The notes: a model not told the origin generated them from the sequence alone. A stretch of DNA of 64,000 nt from Adineta vaga (GCA_021613535.1 CP075492.1:17360001-17424000); one strand, 5' to 3'; shown: positions 1 to 12,269, numbered from the stretch's first letter. Numbers and translations: made by a program.

Positions 1-143
1 CTTTATGGATCATTCTATGCGATGAAATAAAAAACAAGCAATCAGCAACAAACCAGCATTCATATCAAATAGCCTTAAAAAAACAATATTTTCAATGTCG
101 GCTATCTCTTATTTGCAATCATAAGAAAATATGATCTTTTTTT

Positions 144-211
144 AGGATGTGGGTGCGGGTGATGGTGTAGATGTGAGTGAAGAAGCTACACTCACACCCT
201 CACCCACCCTC
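144..211. repeat. Telomere-type inverted-repeat (hairpin) element
   Basis: AGGATGTGGGTGCGGGTG...spacer...ACACTCACACCCTCACCCACCCTC. Confidence 0.8.
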
Positions 212-1162
212 GTGCTCTTGTTGCCTACGATACAACAGCATCCGTTAGTGGTGCTCAAACGTCCAGTTGATCCGGTGATATAAATCAAGGATGGGGTGTC
301 TGATAACATTGGTGTCATTGATCTAAATGACAATAATTCTGAAAACTAGATTTTAAGCAAGATCTAAACTATATAACACTATCATTATTCATCATGCAGT
401 ATAATGATTTACAAGTCACTGATTGTTTGTTACATGTATTAATTCGGCATAGTAATAAAATTGAAAGAAACCGTTTGAAAAATACGATGTAAAATACTGC
501 TAATATATAAAAATTTGCTTTCTTAAAACAAACGATGAATTCTGTATACACTCCTGTGATTGAAAGAAAAAAATATGGGGATTTTATTATTGTACTGAAT
601 TTTTATCTTTTCTTTGTCGTCGAGATAGTCTATCTATTTATTTATTTCGTTATCCCATTACGTTTATTCTAGAATAAAATACCATGAAAAACAGTGAATT
701 GTCTCATCAGAGGTGATGCAGAGGAATAAAAAATCAAAATGCATACGTTCATTGCTTCACATAACGTAAACAGAAAAGAATTGGTGTGTAATCAATTCTA
801 TAAAGTCTTCATACTTAGAACAATCCAAGAATATTGTCACAGGCTCTGAAATTCCTCATAAAAAGCTTTAAGAAACTTTCTTTGTATAAAGTCTAACAGA
901 AAAAAGAACGCTCTATTCTTCTACGCTATTTCATAATACTTCAACTAATATTATAATAATAAAATTTTGATAAGATATGTTTTGTGCGCCTGTGTCACGG
1001 TACCATCAATGCTCATTCTAGAAAAAAGGTGGGGTGTTTTTTGAATAATTTGTGGTTGAAACAAAATAGAGAACTACCGTTTTCATCGTTGGAAAGAAGA
1101 CATAAAAATACATCAAAACCTATATTCCAGACTTTCTCAATCTGTTTGTTGTAAGGTTTTCA

Positions 1163-1226
1163 AGGATATAAGTGTTGGGTGTGTGCATTCTGATTATCAT
1201 TTCAACGCATATCCACATCCACATCC
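1163..1226. repeat. Degenerate hairpin element
   Basis: AGGATATAAGTGTTGGGTGTGTG...ATCCACATCCACATCC. Confidence 0.5.
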
Positions 1227-1356
1227 AATGTCAACCTATAGAAAACCCCTTTATAAACCTTTTCTGAGACTATATTGAATTGAAAAAAGGCCTAGAGGAG
1301 AGTCTGTGTGTTAGTTAACAAACGATCCTCACAATCCCACACCGACCTAACCCATT

Positions 1357-1810
1357 TTTTGGGTCATTTTAGGCTGTTTTGATCGATTTTCGGAACGAAC
1401 GAGAAGAGCTAAAAGAAATTTGATGATAGCACAGAACGGAACTCGTCGAACTCGATCTCAAACCAGTTTTAGAACCGTGTTACATAAGGAAGACACGAAT
1501 CCGTAAAGGATTTAATAAACTTTGGGGTGATTTGGGTGTTTTAGAGGATATTAATCTAGAAGGAGGGCTTAAGGAGAAATCTGATCATTGTAGTCGATGG
1601 ATCTCATCGAGTTCGATCTGAAACGAGTGTTGGAACGGTGTTGCGCGTTAAAGACGCTAATCGGTAACCGTTTTAATGAGTTTTGCGGGGGATTTGGGTG
1701 TTTTAAGCTATTTTTAGAGTGAAGGAGTGGACATACGAGAAATCGGATGGTTAGAATCCACGGATCTCCTCTAACTCGATTTTAAACCAGTGAGACCAGA
1801 GTTTGAACGC
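1357..1810. repeat. About three diverged tandem copies of a ~160-bp unit
   Basis: The blocks GATTTGGGTGTTTT, GAAAT(C/T)(T/G)GAT and GGA(A/T)CTC..C(G/T)A..TCGAT..AAAC recur from about 1357, 1521 and 1681. Confidence 0.65.
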
Positions 1811-2312
1811 AAACATGAGCGAATCCTTTGAAGAAAAGTTAGCGTCCGTGTCTTATATATTCTACGTCTCACCGCTTATTGAAAGCAATCAGTTTTCTCT
1901 TATTTGATTTTCACGTGACTAACCTATCATCATTACAATAAGCAATCCTTTTCCTCGATTTGAAGGACGGTAAACAAAGACCATAATAAAAAAATAGATT
2001 GTTTCTTTTTGTACGAAAGAAATCAGCATTATTTATATATATTGAGAGGTATTACTTATAGACGATAGAAAGTCGCAACGTTCATTAGATTATGAAGATT
2101 TTATTTCACTTAAATTTGGTTAGTATAAATGAAAAATCGGAAATAAAAAAAAGAAGGAACTTTTGAATGAATGTTATCATCGAACAAAAAATTTGTTGGA
2201 AAGAGAAATCACAAGTGATTAAATAAAATATAAAAAAGAAAGAAAAAATAATGTTATTGATTCATAGTTCGAATAGTTTATGCTTGTTGAAAGCCAGATG
2301 GGATATTTACCA

Positions 2313-2786
2313 TTAGCCAGTACTAAAATCAGTGCAGCAGCGATCACCAAGACCATCGGGAGTACCATCACTACGACAGCAACGACGACCATCACTACGT
2401 TTATTACAACAAGCACTATGACAAGGAAGACCATTAGCATTATTATTGCAAAAACTACCACAACAAGTATCACCATCACCATCAGGTCTGCCATCATTAC
2501 GACAACAAATAGTGCCATCAGCAGTAGTAGGGCAATTAATGTAACGAGTAATAGAACAATGAAAATACCGGCAATCACGATCATTAAACATAGTAGAAGA
2601 GTAAACAACACTGCAAGTACCACCACGACGATTAACAGATAGTTTTTGCAGGAGATTGCGAACAGCTGAGCGTTGAACTAGGGGAGCGTTGTCTTGTTCA
2701 TCGCTCTCTACTTGTAATCCCATGGATAAGTTTGCGATCATGGCCAAAACAGCAATGTAAAATGCAATGGTGTTGATGCGAGCCAT
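2313..2786 (-). CDS. Secreted cysteine-rich prepropeptide (toxin/antimicrobial-like layout)
   Basis: Signal peptide, acidic pro-segment, dibasic RR site, then a 16-Cys mature region with an internal repeat DGxxCCRxDGxPDGxGDxCC (two copies); TATA-like motif near 2850-2858 on the minus strand. Confidence 0.85.
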   Translation of the reverse strand: MARINTIAFYIAVLAMIANLSMGLQVESDEQDNAPLVQRSAVRNLLQKLSVNRRGGTCSVVYSSTMFNDRDCRYFHCSITRYINCPTTADGTICCRNDGRPDGDGDTCCGSFCNNNANGLPCHSACCNKRSDGRRCCRSDGTPDGLGDRCCTDFSTG

Positions 2787-3525
2787 CGTTAGCGATTGGT
2801 GTTGGTTGATTTGAGAGTCGGTAAGTGATACAATGGCGGCTTCGTACGTGTTTATATACCATCGATCGTGGAAAGAAAAATGTTTGAATAAACAAAATCT
2901 CTCTCTCGTTTGAAGTGCATTCAGCGGAGCGTGTCGTCGTTTTACATATTGTTGTTGTTATTTCTCAATACTTGATAATTCTGTTTTTTCCTTTGGTAAG
3001 AAAGCGAAGTAAACTGATTTATTTCGCTCCAAGGCCTTGGATATTATCGTTGAAACAGAAAAAATGGTTGATTATTACATGAATGATAGTTGAGTAACTT
3101 TTCTTGCATTTAGCGGGTAGGCATACAAGATATATGAAAATCATAACCCCTTTTGAAATACACCTACCAAGGTATTGATGGTATTTCAATAACAAATAAT
3201 ATTGATCTACCACTAGTATGTATACGGAAGACTTCAAAAGTACTATCTGACATTCACCCATTCTTCTTTCGTACCTTACTATTGGAAGAAACTGTCTCTT
3301 TATATCTTGCCGATGTCCTCTTTTTGATCCGTGGTATGCAACAAAGAGTTAGTGCTCAAGTCGTTATTTATTTGCATAAATGAAACTTGTTTATAATGAT
3401 TTATATTTTAATCAGTTTATGCAATCTTCCTTCATTTTATAAACTATAAATAATTATGTCATGGTTGGGTATAAACTGTTGAGGATTACTTGGAAAGAGT
3501 AACAGAGCATAATAATGGTTGTCAG

Positions 3526-3593
3526 TGAAGGATGTGAGTGTCGTTTATTTATTGATCAATCCCACCATCACTCACGTCAGCACCTACCCTCAA
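3526..3593. repeat. Hairpin element
   Basis: TGAAGGATGTGAGTGTC...CACCTACCCTCAA. Confidence 0.7.
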
Positions 3594-3843
3594 TTATAAT
3601 GAAAACAAAAAAAGAAAAATGAGTTCTCGTTTGCTCGTTCTGCAGCTATGCTTCAATAATCTTCATATTCTCTTTGTACACATGAATACATATCACGAAT
3701 ACACCTGATTATGTGATCAATATTTGATGGTGTGGATGAAAGGTTGAAAAAACACTTTCTTCAAAAGTGCACGTAATATCGAAAATCGATAGTTGATGGA
3801 CGATGAATATGGATGGTTAGGTGGACGGCTGAGAGGATAAAGA

Positions 3844-3912
3844 CCTTGAGGATGTGGGTGTCATTTATTTATTGATCAATTCAACCATCACCCACGCCAA
3901 TACCTATCCTCA
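3844..3912. repeat. Hairpin element (duplicate of 3526-3593, same spacer)
   Basis: CCTTGAGGATGTGGGTGTC-ATTTATTTATTGATCAAT...CACCCACGCCAATACCTATCCTCA. Confidence 0.75.
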
Positions 3913-4840
3913 TTTATGATGAAAACAAACAATATAGGTAGGCTACTCTGTACGCTCGTTATATCATTAGAAACGTTAGCTTAATATGTTGCGATGACAA
4001 AGAAAATAAAGAAAAAGAAAAACGAATTTTCGTTTGCTCGTTCTGCAGCTATGCTTCAATAATCTTCATATTCCCTTTGTACACATGAATACATGTGACG
4101 AATACACCTTATTATATGATCAATATTTCACAACGTTGTATTTTCGTTAAATGCAATATCCACAATGGTGAAACTAGCTATTGAGTATCAGCTGAAGGTT
4201 GAAAAAACACACTGAAATTAACAATGCAGTAATCTGTTTCAGCTATTCTGTTGACCAAATTGATGCAGGTAAATATTTCAAGAGTGCTTTCTATTTAATA
4301 TAATGTAAGATAGACCAATAAGAAAATTTACATCATGATGTGCTTGAGTAGTTTTGCTTGTTGACACATCCTAGAATGATGGTTCTGATGTCCAAAACCG
4401 GGTGTTTATGTTAGTTCATATCACAAATCGAACCCAGAAAACAAGGTTGGTCTATTTTTATACAGATATTGGTCGAATTGAGGGAATTTCGACACTGAAC
4501 TTTATTAATCGCGAAAACAGCTTTAAAAATTTCACTACAACTATTAATACCAGTTGACACAAACACTTCAGACCTCCTTAGATTTCGAGTTCTGGTCGGT
4601 ATATTTATTTTTTGCCTGTACACTCATATCCTATATACACCATTTTGTCGCTTTCAGCTTGTTACATGGCTTAACATACCGACACCCCTAAGGGAGTTGA
4701 GAGCTGGGGGGACTAAGGAAGCCTACAGGAATTATGTTAATGATTGAAGTGCGAGTAACAATTCAATCATGCGGTAGAAAATACAGTGAATTATATGTAG
4801 CGGACGAGGCTTGATTTATAAAGTGGCATACGCTCTGAAA

Positions 4841-5028
4841 AATAAAGTAATATGATCGAACCCATCAAAAAGATTTCGTATGTATACAAAAGCTTCTAAA
4901 TGCATCGACAGACTCAAATAAAATAGTTTTCGAAATCTACGAAGCCTAAAAAGGATTTGATCGCGGATAAACGCTCCGAACTATATCTTATGAAACCTTT
5001 TTGATGGGTTCGATCATATTACATTATT
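4841..5028. repeat. 40-bp inverted repeat pair (MITE- or TE-remnant-like)
   Basis: 4841-4880 matches the reverse complement of 4989-5028 with 3 mismatches. Confidence 0.8.
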
Positions 5029-5742
5029 TGCTATGAGTGTAGTAATATATGGTACAGAAAGTAGTTACTGTTTTCTGACAGACATAAATTTCTGAACTAG
5101 ACATGCACCCCGTACCAGTCGGACGGTCCTGGCGTATGCCTATGCTAGAAAAAGACTTTTTGGTAGACACTTTCATATCATGTAGATATAAAGGTGCCTC
5201 GAAATGAATGAAAATGTTGACTTATTAATTGCTAAATTTTTATATGATCAGACACTGGGCAGTCTGAAATGGTTGCTGATTGACACCGGTTACCGATGGA
5301 ACGGCACCGAATCATACGATTAAACGATGACTGATCGTCGCCGTTGCATCCTTACTCCGCAAGGCATTCTAGGTTATTTTGATTCTTCAAAGAAATAGTC
5401 ATAAATGTATCCAAATATTCTAATCAAGGGGAGTGGGGGAGAACCGAGACTTCTATACTTCGAAGTATCGCGGAAGTACTGAAGTATGGAAGTCTTGCTT
5501 TTCCCCCCTTGATTCTAATGCAATTTTTTTCCATTGGAAACTATACATATCACAACAGCTATTGAAAAAATTGTACAATGAAAACAGTGAGCTGCTCACC
5601 CATCAATCCAGCTACTGGCAAAAAAATTCCAACAACTGTACTCATGACACAGACTGAAACCAATCTCGATAAATGGCTGAAACTGAAGCATTACTGCATT
5701 TCTGAACAATGTACTATAATCAAGGCCGTCTTACTTTGTCAA

Positions 5743-5764
5743 ACCCATTCTTACACCCTCAAGA
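5743..5764. repeat. Right arm only of hairpin element
   Basis: ACCCATTCTTACACCCTCAAGA. Confidence 0.55.
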
Positions 5765-5846
5765 TGTGTAGCTAGAAGCCAAATTTATATAATTTTAGCA
5801 GTTTCTTATCCATAATATGATGAATTTTTGACTCAGAGACGCGTCA

Positions 5847-6255
5847 GCGACACCCTGGGTTGCTTGCTACTAACAGCGGGATGTGTGGTGTCTATCATTG
5901 ACGGCACCCGGGGCTGCTTGCTACTAATAGCGGGATGTGTGGTGTCTATCATTGACGACACCCGGGGCTGCTTGCTACTAATAGCGGGATGTGTGGTGTC
6001 TATCATTGACGGCACCCGGGGCTGCTTGCTACTAACAGCGGGATGTGTGGTGTCTATCATTGACGACACCCAGGGCTGCTTGCTACTAACAGCGGGATGT
6101 GTGGTGTCTATCATTGACGACACCCAGGGCTGCTTGCTACTAACAGCGGGATGTGTGGTGTCTATCATTTACGGCACCCTGGGTTGCTTGCTACTAACAG
6201 CGGGATGTGTGGTGTCTATCATTGACGACACCCAGGGCTGCTTGCTACTAACTGC
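5847..6255. repeat. 54-bp minisatellite, about 7.5 near-identical copies
   Basis: Unit GACACCC(A/G/T)GGG(C/T)TGCTTGCTACTAA(C/T)AGCGGGATGTGTGGTGTCTATCATTGAC; CACCC recurs at 5851, 5905, 5959 and on to 6229. Confidence 0.95.
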
Positions 6256-6734
6256 GCTGTGAGTTGCCAATAAAACGATTTATAAGTCAATATAAAAATA
6301 ATTCCCTCGAATGGTTAGCTATAGTCTGCTCAAAATATTTGACATAGTTGTATCAGTGCTTAGTTCAAATTTTGAATGATTGTTTCAACCGTTTAAGCAT
6401 TCAGTTCAGCTCTTAAAAATCATCGCCAGTCGTAACATCTTTCATCAAAATTATGGCTATACGATATGGTACTCGAATAATTTCCTTCTCACCAGTTTTC
6501 GTCCAATCTTCAGTTCAATGGAACGAAGCTCGTGAACCTTAGCTTGTCTATCCCTTTTCGCAAAATACTCTTTTGTTGAAGAATGCATATCAAGTAATGC
6601 TTACTATTCGACAATAATTGATGAAAGTAAAATTATTATTTTATGAATACGAATATGTTTGAGTTTATATGACAAATACCAGGGCTCCAAGTATTTATCT
6701 GCCAAGGTAGGTCAACACGATTGGACCAAACAGT

Positions 6735-6786
6735 TCTGAGATTTGGATATACGGAATCTGAATCTCAACCACACCCACACCCTCAA
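6735..6786. repeat. Hairpin element (strong right arm)
   Basis: ...ACCACACCCACACCCTCAA. Confidence 0.7.
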
Positions 6787-7498
6787 TTCATTACCTTCAC
6801 CATTTCCACGAACAACAATTTCAGTTTCATTTTTTTCCTTCACCCCAACGTATTATTAGAGCATTCCCACAATCTGCTACATAGATTTGACCAAAATCAT
6901 CATTAATTAATCCTTGATTATAAGAAAATTGATTAGGATAATTTCCTCTTCCATGTTCACCAACAACGACTACATCTTCGTTTGCATCTTTTTTCCATTT
7001 CATTACACGATGAGTGTTCCACTCTGATACATAAACAGATTGTTCAGCATCAACAAAAATAAAGGAAGATTTATTGAGTTAATTAAGTTTATTTCCACCA
7101 GCCAGTAATGTTCCTTCTTCTCACTTCATTGTCCTCCTCATCACACGCGTAAAGAAACCCATATTTATCCATTGTTAAAGCCCAACAATCAATATTCATA
7201 ATGAGAATTGCTTGTTGACTTTCACCCAAGAGCCATCGAACTGCTCGTTTGCTTCCTTGATCAGCAATTATTAATGTATTGTTTTGTTCATCAACAATCA
7301 CATCTGTTGGACGAATCAGTTGATCTATCTGTTATGTTGCCTCCTTGATTTTGCATTTAATTTTCATTCAACAATACGATGATTATTACAATCAGGAATA
7401 AAATTAATTTCATTATTATCAATTAAGATTCCATTAGGGGAAAAGAGTTGGATTAATCCGCTTCCACGTCCATTTCCTCCCACAATCATTTTCCCCAG
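6787..7498 (-). pseudogene. NHL-repeat beta-propeller gene fragment, frameshifted
   Basis: GGNGRGSG..QL..PNGILID, PTDVIVDEQNNTLIIADQG, IFVDAEQSVYVSEWNTHRVMKW, GQIYVADCGN, GNGEGNEL; frameshifts and stops; an element on each side. Confidence 0.85.
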
Positions 7499-7558
7499 CT
7501 TTGGAGGTGAGTGCGGGTATTCGTCTATTGAACATGCACACCCATCTACCCTCCAAAG
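7499..7558. repeat. Hairpin element
   Basis: CTTTGGAGGTGAGTGCGGGT...ACACCCATCTACCCTCCAAAG (9-bp perfect terminal inverted repeat). Confidence 0.8.
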
Positions 7559-7970
7559 TTCTCCTTCAGCGAAACGATATCATTTTAAAGCTAAGTAATT
7601 TATCATGAATTCATTTTTGAAATTTATTTTCTCTCGTGTTTTTTCATACAGATTCAATACCGATACTAATCAAATTAATATCATAACTATAACAGGATAA
7701 ACAATAATTTTCTATTGTCTTCCCTCGTCTATGTCATGCGCCACCAACGGACTCCTCATACAGATGTCTATTTGAACTGTTGCTAAACATCAAGTGACGA
7801 AAGCTTAAATCAAGATAATTAGAGTCAAGCGCCAAAAATCAGGAAGTTGTTAGAGCGAATTTTATTCATGTAATTTCAAAAGACATACTCTACTATCGGA
7901 CTATCTCATTACAACAAAAAGACGCCACGGTAGCGGAGCTTGACTTTAGACTATATGACATTATAGATAT

Positions 7971-9785
7971 CTATAAATCTTCATGGACATTATTGCTGAC
8001 CATCCTAACCCGTTTTATATCATCATGTATTTGCTGACGCAATTCATGATTGGATGGAATGTATTTTTTATACGTATTCTCTGCGGAAAAGTAATATAAT
8101 AATGCTTGCCAAGTTTGATTTGATTTTTCATAAATTTGACCTTTACCATGATAAATAAATCCAAGTGAAAGATAATCCGTTTCATTAAGTTTTTCAATCA
8201 TTGAAAGTGCTGTTGTCAAAGCATTAAGAGCAAACCAATATTCTTCAGCCGATGATTGACTTAAGCCAATACTGATAAATATTTGTGCATTATTTCTGTC
8301 TAATTGAAGTGCTTTTAAGAAGTATGGTGCAGCTTGAGCATATTCACCATAATATTTCCAATGAATTTTGGCAATAATAATAAAAACTTGTGCTATAAGT
8401 GTCTGTTTATGTGCATCGTCTTTGATTTTCAAATATGCATTATATGCTTCTTGACAGTATTGAGAAGCTTCGAGGTAGTTTTCTTGTTCATATTGAATAC
8501 GTCCCAACTGGTTATTAATATGACCCAGAGTCAAATAATATACATAAGCAACTCTTGAATAATAAAACATAGGCTGATGTTCAAAATCAAAATCTTCCGG
8601 TGACTCAAGCTCTTCTGCCAAGACTTTTTTATAGTAAAACTCCGCTTTTTCATAATTTTTGACAATAACTGATGAATAATAATCACCGATAGTAACAAAC
8701 GTGGTGATAGTGAGTGGCTCAAAATTTACTCTTGCTTGTATACCATTGTAGAATGTTTCTTGACCTACTATCTTTGATAAAAAATAGTTAGTAAGATTAG
8801 TCAAATGTTCAGTTTCATTTGTTCGAAGCACTTCAAGATAAACAGACCAAACTCGAGTGACTTCATTTTGAATCATTGATGTAATCTTAAATATCTGACC
8901 AATAGAAAACATCATTTCAAGTTCATGCGATGTGCAACTAATGAAAGTAACATCAGCAAATGGCTGTACTAATTGTTGAATTTCGTCTTCATCGTGTCCT
9001 TGAATTATATACAAGACAATCGCTTGTTTTGTATAATCGACACCAGTTTTATTAACAAATCTTAATGCTTGGCTCCTGTCTGTCGTTGTTGATAGGAAGG
9101 ATTGAAATGTAATATACTTGCTGATGCCTTGCTTTAATAAATGGAGTTTATTTCGTGACATGATCTCGGCCTTGTAAAAAGGTCCGTCCATATTAGATGT
9201 ATCAAGGAACATATTACCTAATTTATATTTTAATATATTATGTAAATCAGTAATAACCAATCGAAGTTTAATGAGATCATCCAAGTTGTCCGACAATTGA
9301 AAGGCATCATTTATCAATGTAAAAATAAATGATTCACATGTATAATAACGGATAGAAAAATCTGGTCGATAATGCTCAATAAAATCCTGAATATTTTCAT
9401 CATTAGTTTGATCTGTCAGCATACCAATTTCTTTCAACATTTTCGAATTGTAAATTTGATCGTAGAAATCACTATTCATTCGTAAACCTTGAATTATATA
9501 CGAAGTACTTTCACCTTTTTCTGATGGTGGTTGTTTGAATACCATCAAATTTTTTGCATTTGCTTCAGGAAGTCGAAATAAAATTTGTAAAAATACTTGA
9601 TATGGTACTAGATCTGGTATTTCGGCATGAATCGATACGGAGATGGTATTACTAAAACGTTTCATTTGTATATCATCAGAAGAAAATTGACCATTGGAGA
9701 CTGTTTGTTCACTTGGATAAACAGTTACTATCCAGATGAATAATAGCAACGTACATGAATGTATGTTATTCAATTGATAGATCAT
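7971..9785 (-). CDS. ADP-ribosyltransferase-like domain plus TPR repeats, with signal peptide and C-terminal HEDL
   Basis: RYYTCESFIF..IN, FYKA, FQSFLSTTTDR and HELEMMF match the R-S-E ART layout; C-terminal TPR helices; hydrophobic N-terminus. Confidence 0.85.
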   Translation of the reverse strand: MIYQLNNIHSCTLLLFIWIVTVYPSEQTVSNGQFSSDDIQMKRFSNTISVSIHAEIPDLVPYQVFLQILFRLPEANAKNLMVFKQPPSEKGESTSYIIQGLRMNSDFYDQIYNSKMLKEIGMLTDQTNDENIQDFIEHYRPDFSIRYYTCESFIFTLINDAFQLSDNLDDLIKLRLVITDLHNILKYKLGNMFLDTSNMDGPFYKAEIMSRNKLHLLKQGISKYITFQSFLSTTTDRSQALRFVNKTGVDYTKQAIVLYIIQGHDEDEIQQLVQPFADVTFISCTSHELEMMFSIGQIFKITSMIQNEVTRVWSVYLEVLRTNETEHLTNLTNYFLSKIVGQETFYNGIQARVNFEPLTITTFVTIGDYYSSVIVKNYEKAEFYYKKVLAEELESPEDFDFEHQPMFYYSRVAYVYYLTLGHINNQLGRIQYEQENYLEASQYCQEAYNAYLKIKDDAHKQTLIAQVFIIIAKIHWKYYGEYAQAAPYFLKALQLDRNNAQIFISIGLSQSSAEEYWFALNALTTALSMIEKLNETDYLSLGFIYHGKGQIYEKSNQTWQALLYYFSAENTYKKYIPSNHELRQQIHDDIKRVRMVSNNVHEDL

Positions 9786-10493
9786 CTAAAATAACAACAA
9801 ATAGGTAATAAAACTTTTAGATTTTTATGTCAAGAAAAAGTATGATTATCAATTCGTCATCAGTTATCATGAGATAATATGTATGTCGGGCTACTTCTGG
9901 ATCACGCTGTAGATATATCATTTCGTGACAAAATATATCGTTTTTTCATAAATAACTCGTGTACTCCTACTGTTTTTTTCTTCGAAAAACCTGTGTCTTC
10001 CAAACTGAGCATGGTTTTTAATGTTCTTATCTATGCCAGTTATTTCTCACTGTGATGAAATTTGAGATTAACGAATGTGGAGAAAAGAGAAAAATGTTGT
10101 AGTAACGAACTTTTTTGACTATTATGTTTTGCGTTCTTCAATGAATTTTCTCTTTGACATCATGTTTCTTTCGAAAAATGTAGGTTTTTTCCTAGCTGCG
10201 TTGTGTATTTAAAGATTGCACACTTAACAATAAATTCAGAGTGTTTTTTTTCTCTCGATAAGTTGAAAGTAGAGACAGTATTCTCAATTTTTGTCCAGTT
10301 TATTCTTTCATTCATATGATTTAATTTTATCAATAGTTATAACAGTTAGAATAGGAAAATTTTGAAAAGAGAATTCATTTTTCCAGATTTATGAGAAAAC
10401 TGAAGAGAAAAGAAACTATTAATATATCCAAAGAAGTATACAAACCTTTTTTAAATGTATGTCTTTTTTTTAGCAGAAGAACAATCAAAACTT

Positions 10494-11459
10494 ATGCTTC
10501 TCTTCATTCTTCTTATACTCGCATGGTAAAAATTCTTTGAAAAAAAGAATAAAATAATTCATTAAAACTTTTCTTTTTCTTCTAGCTCAAATTTTCACTA
10601 CGTAACAAGCGACATCACTCAGTTGTTTATTGATATTGATCCTCTCTTAGATGAACTCGACGATGTCATTGCTTCTAACTCTACTCCATCATCAGACTTA
10701 CTTGAACTCTGTACTAAAGCACTTCTCGTAGGATCTCTCATTTTATCAGATATCTTTAAAACTGTAATTAGCAATAATCAACATGTTATGTATACGACAC
10801 GACTCACACTATATCGTTTGGAAACAGAAGAAATCGTCCAAAAATTAAAACAACTACCAATAAAACCTCAGAATAGTGAACAAGGTTTTATCCGTGATAT
10901 GTTTCAAGTCACATCTGAGGAACGGAATGCTAAATATTTGATTGTCGCAAGGGAATATTATTCTGAAGTTCAATTTTATAAAGATTCAAATGACATTATG
11001 AAACTATGTGAATGGAAAGTTTACAAACTAGAATCGTCACTACATGATCTAAATATTGAAAATTTAGGAAAACTAAAAATCATTTCATACTACAATTTAG
11101 AAAAAAGTCAACGCAAAGATGGTACGCCGACGTATGTATTTGGTAGAACAGATATGGAGGATGGTACACATGTTTCACTTGTTATCTATGGAACAAAGCC
11201 TGGTCCAGAAATAGATGGATATTATCAAATGAAATTACTTGTCATTAAAGATCTACAATTATTGAAAGGATTGCCAGTTGTAGCGAAAACAATACGTAAT
11301 CCAGAAAATGGAATTAATACCGTTATTGTTCCCGGTTTCACTCGACAAATTCAAGATCATCTCGGAATTGAAGTTGATAATGACATCTTATATGATGATG
11401 ATATAGTGATGAAGTATGACACAGAAACAAAAGAAACAATAGAAAACTCAGATTTGTAA
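10494..11459 (+). CDS. Secreted or ER protein of unknown function (2 exons, intron 10526-10585)
   Basis: ATG at 10494 (MLLFILLILA) splices in frame through a 60-bp GT-AG intron into ORF 10623-11459; ends ENSDL. Confidence 0.8.
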
Positions 11460-12269
11460 GACAAAAATATTTTTACTTCTAAAAAGCATTTCGAAAAATG
11501 CAAAATTTTTTTTATTATAATTGTAATACTTACAATAAACTTTTAAAGAAGTCAATTCCTATTGCTATTCGTTTACATCAATATTACATATGTGTATGTA
11601 CGGATGAATACTCACTACGATAGATCTTTGGAGGAATCAAATAGAAAATCAAGCAGCCGTTTGGTAGTACCATTTGTTTTATGATTTCTGTCAAATATTC
11701 ATGAGAAAATGAATGCATAATTTACGCAGATTATACCAAAAACAATGGCACGCAGTTATGTCATTTCCTGACAATAGGAAGCTTTAGTAGATGTTCTTTC
11801 TTATATAATGATAGAGGAAAAACTAAAATATACAACAAGATATAATCCTAACGTTAACGTTCATTTTTGACGAAAAGTTTTCGATGCAAAGAAACAAACA
11901 TAAAAAGACATTCAATTTGTACTTGTACTGAATAATACAATAACATTTGCAGCCAGATTTTCTAACGTTATTTTCCTAATAAGTTTATACCACTAAAACT
12001 GACTACTTAAAGTCACAGTATGTCATAAAAATATTTTCTTATCGATCAAAACTAAATCTACCATGATCCAACAACATAGGAAGTAGGAAAAAACTATGTT
12101 GTAAACAATAAGGATCTATTGATTCACAACGTATAATAAACGTCTTCTTCTGTCTCTTCAAGTATTTCATAAATCTTATTTACATTTATGAGATCATCAT
12201 AAACGATTTTATCGTTGGTTATTCATCATTTCTTTACAGTGTGGAAACGTGTGATTTTTAAATAAAAAA

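Noticed and set aside
2219-2642. Hydrophobic ORF 2219-2626 (-) and Thr/Ile-rich ORF 2280-2642 (+)
   Set aside because: These are alternative-frame and antisense shadows of the Cys-rich peptide gene.
5828-6262. ORFs 5828-6262 (+) and 5833-6168 (-) as proteins, or the repeat as a CRISPR array
   Set aside because: This is a pure tandem 54-bp repeat with no unique spacers and no cas genes. The ORFs are by-products of the unit length.
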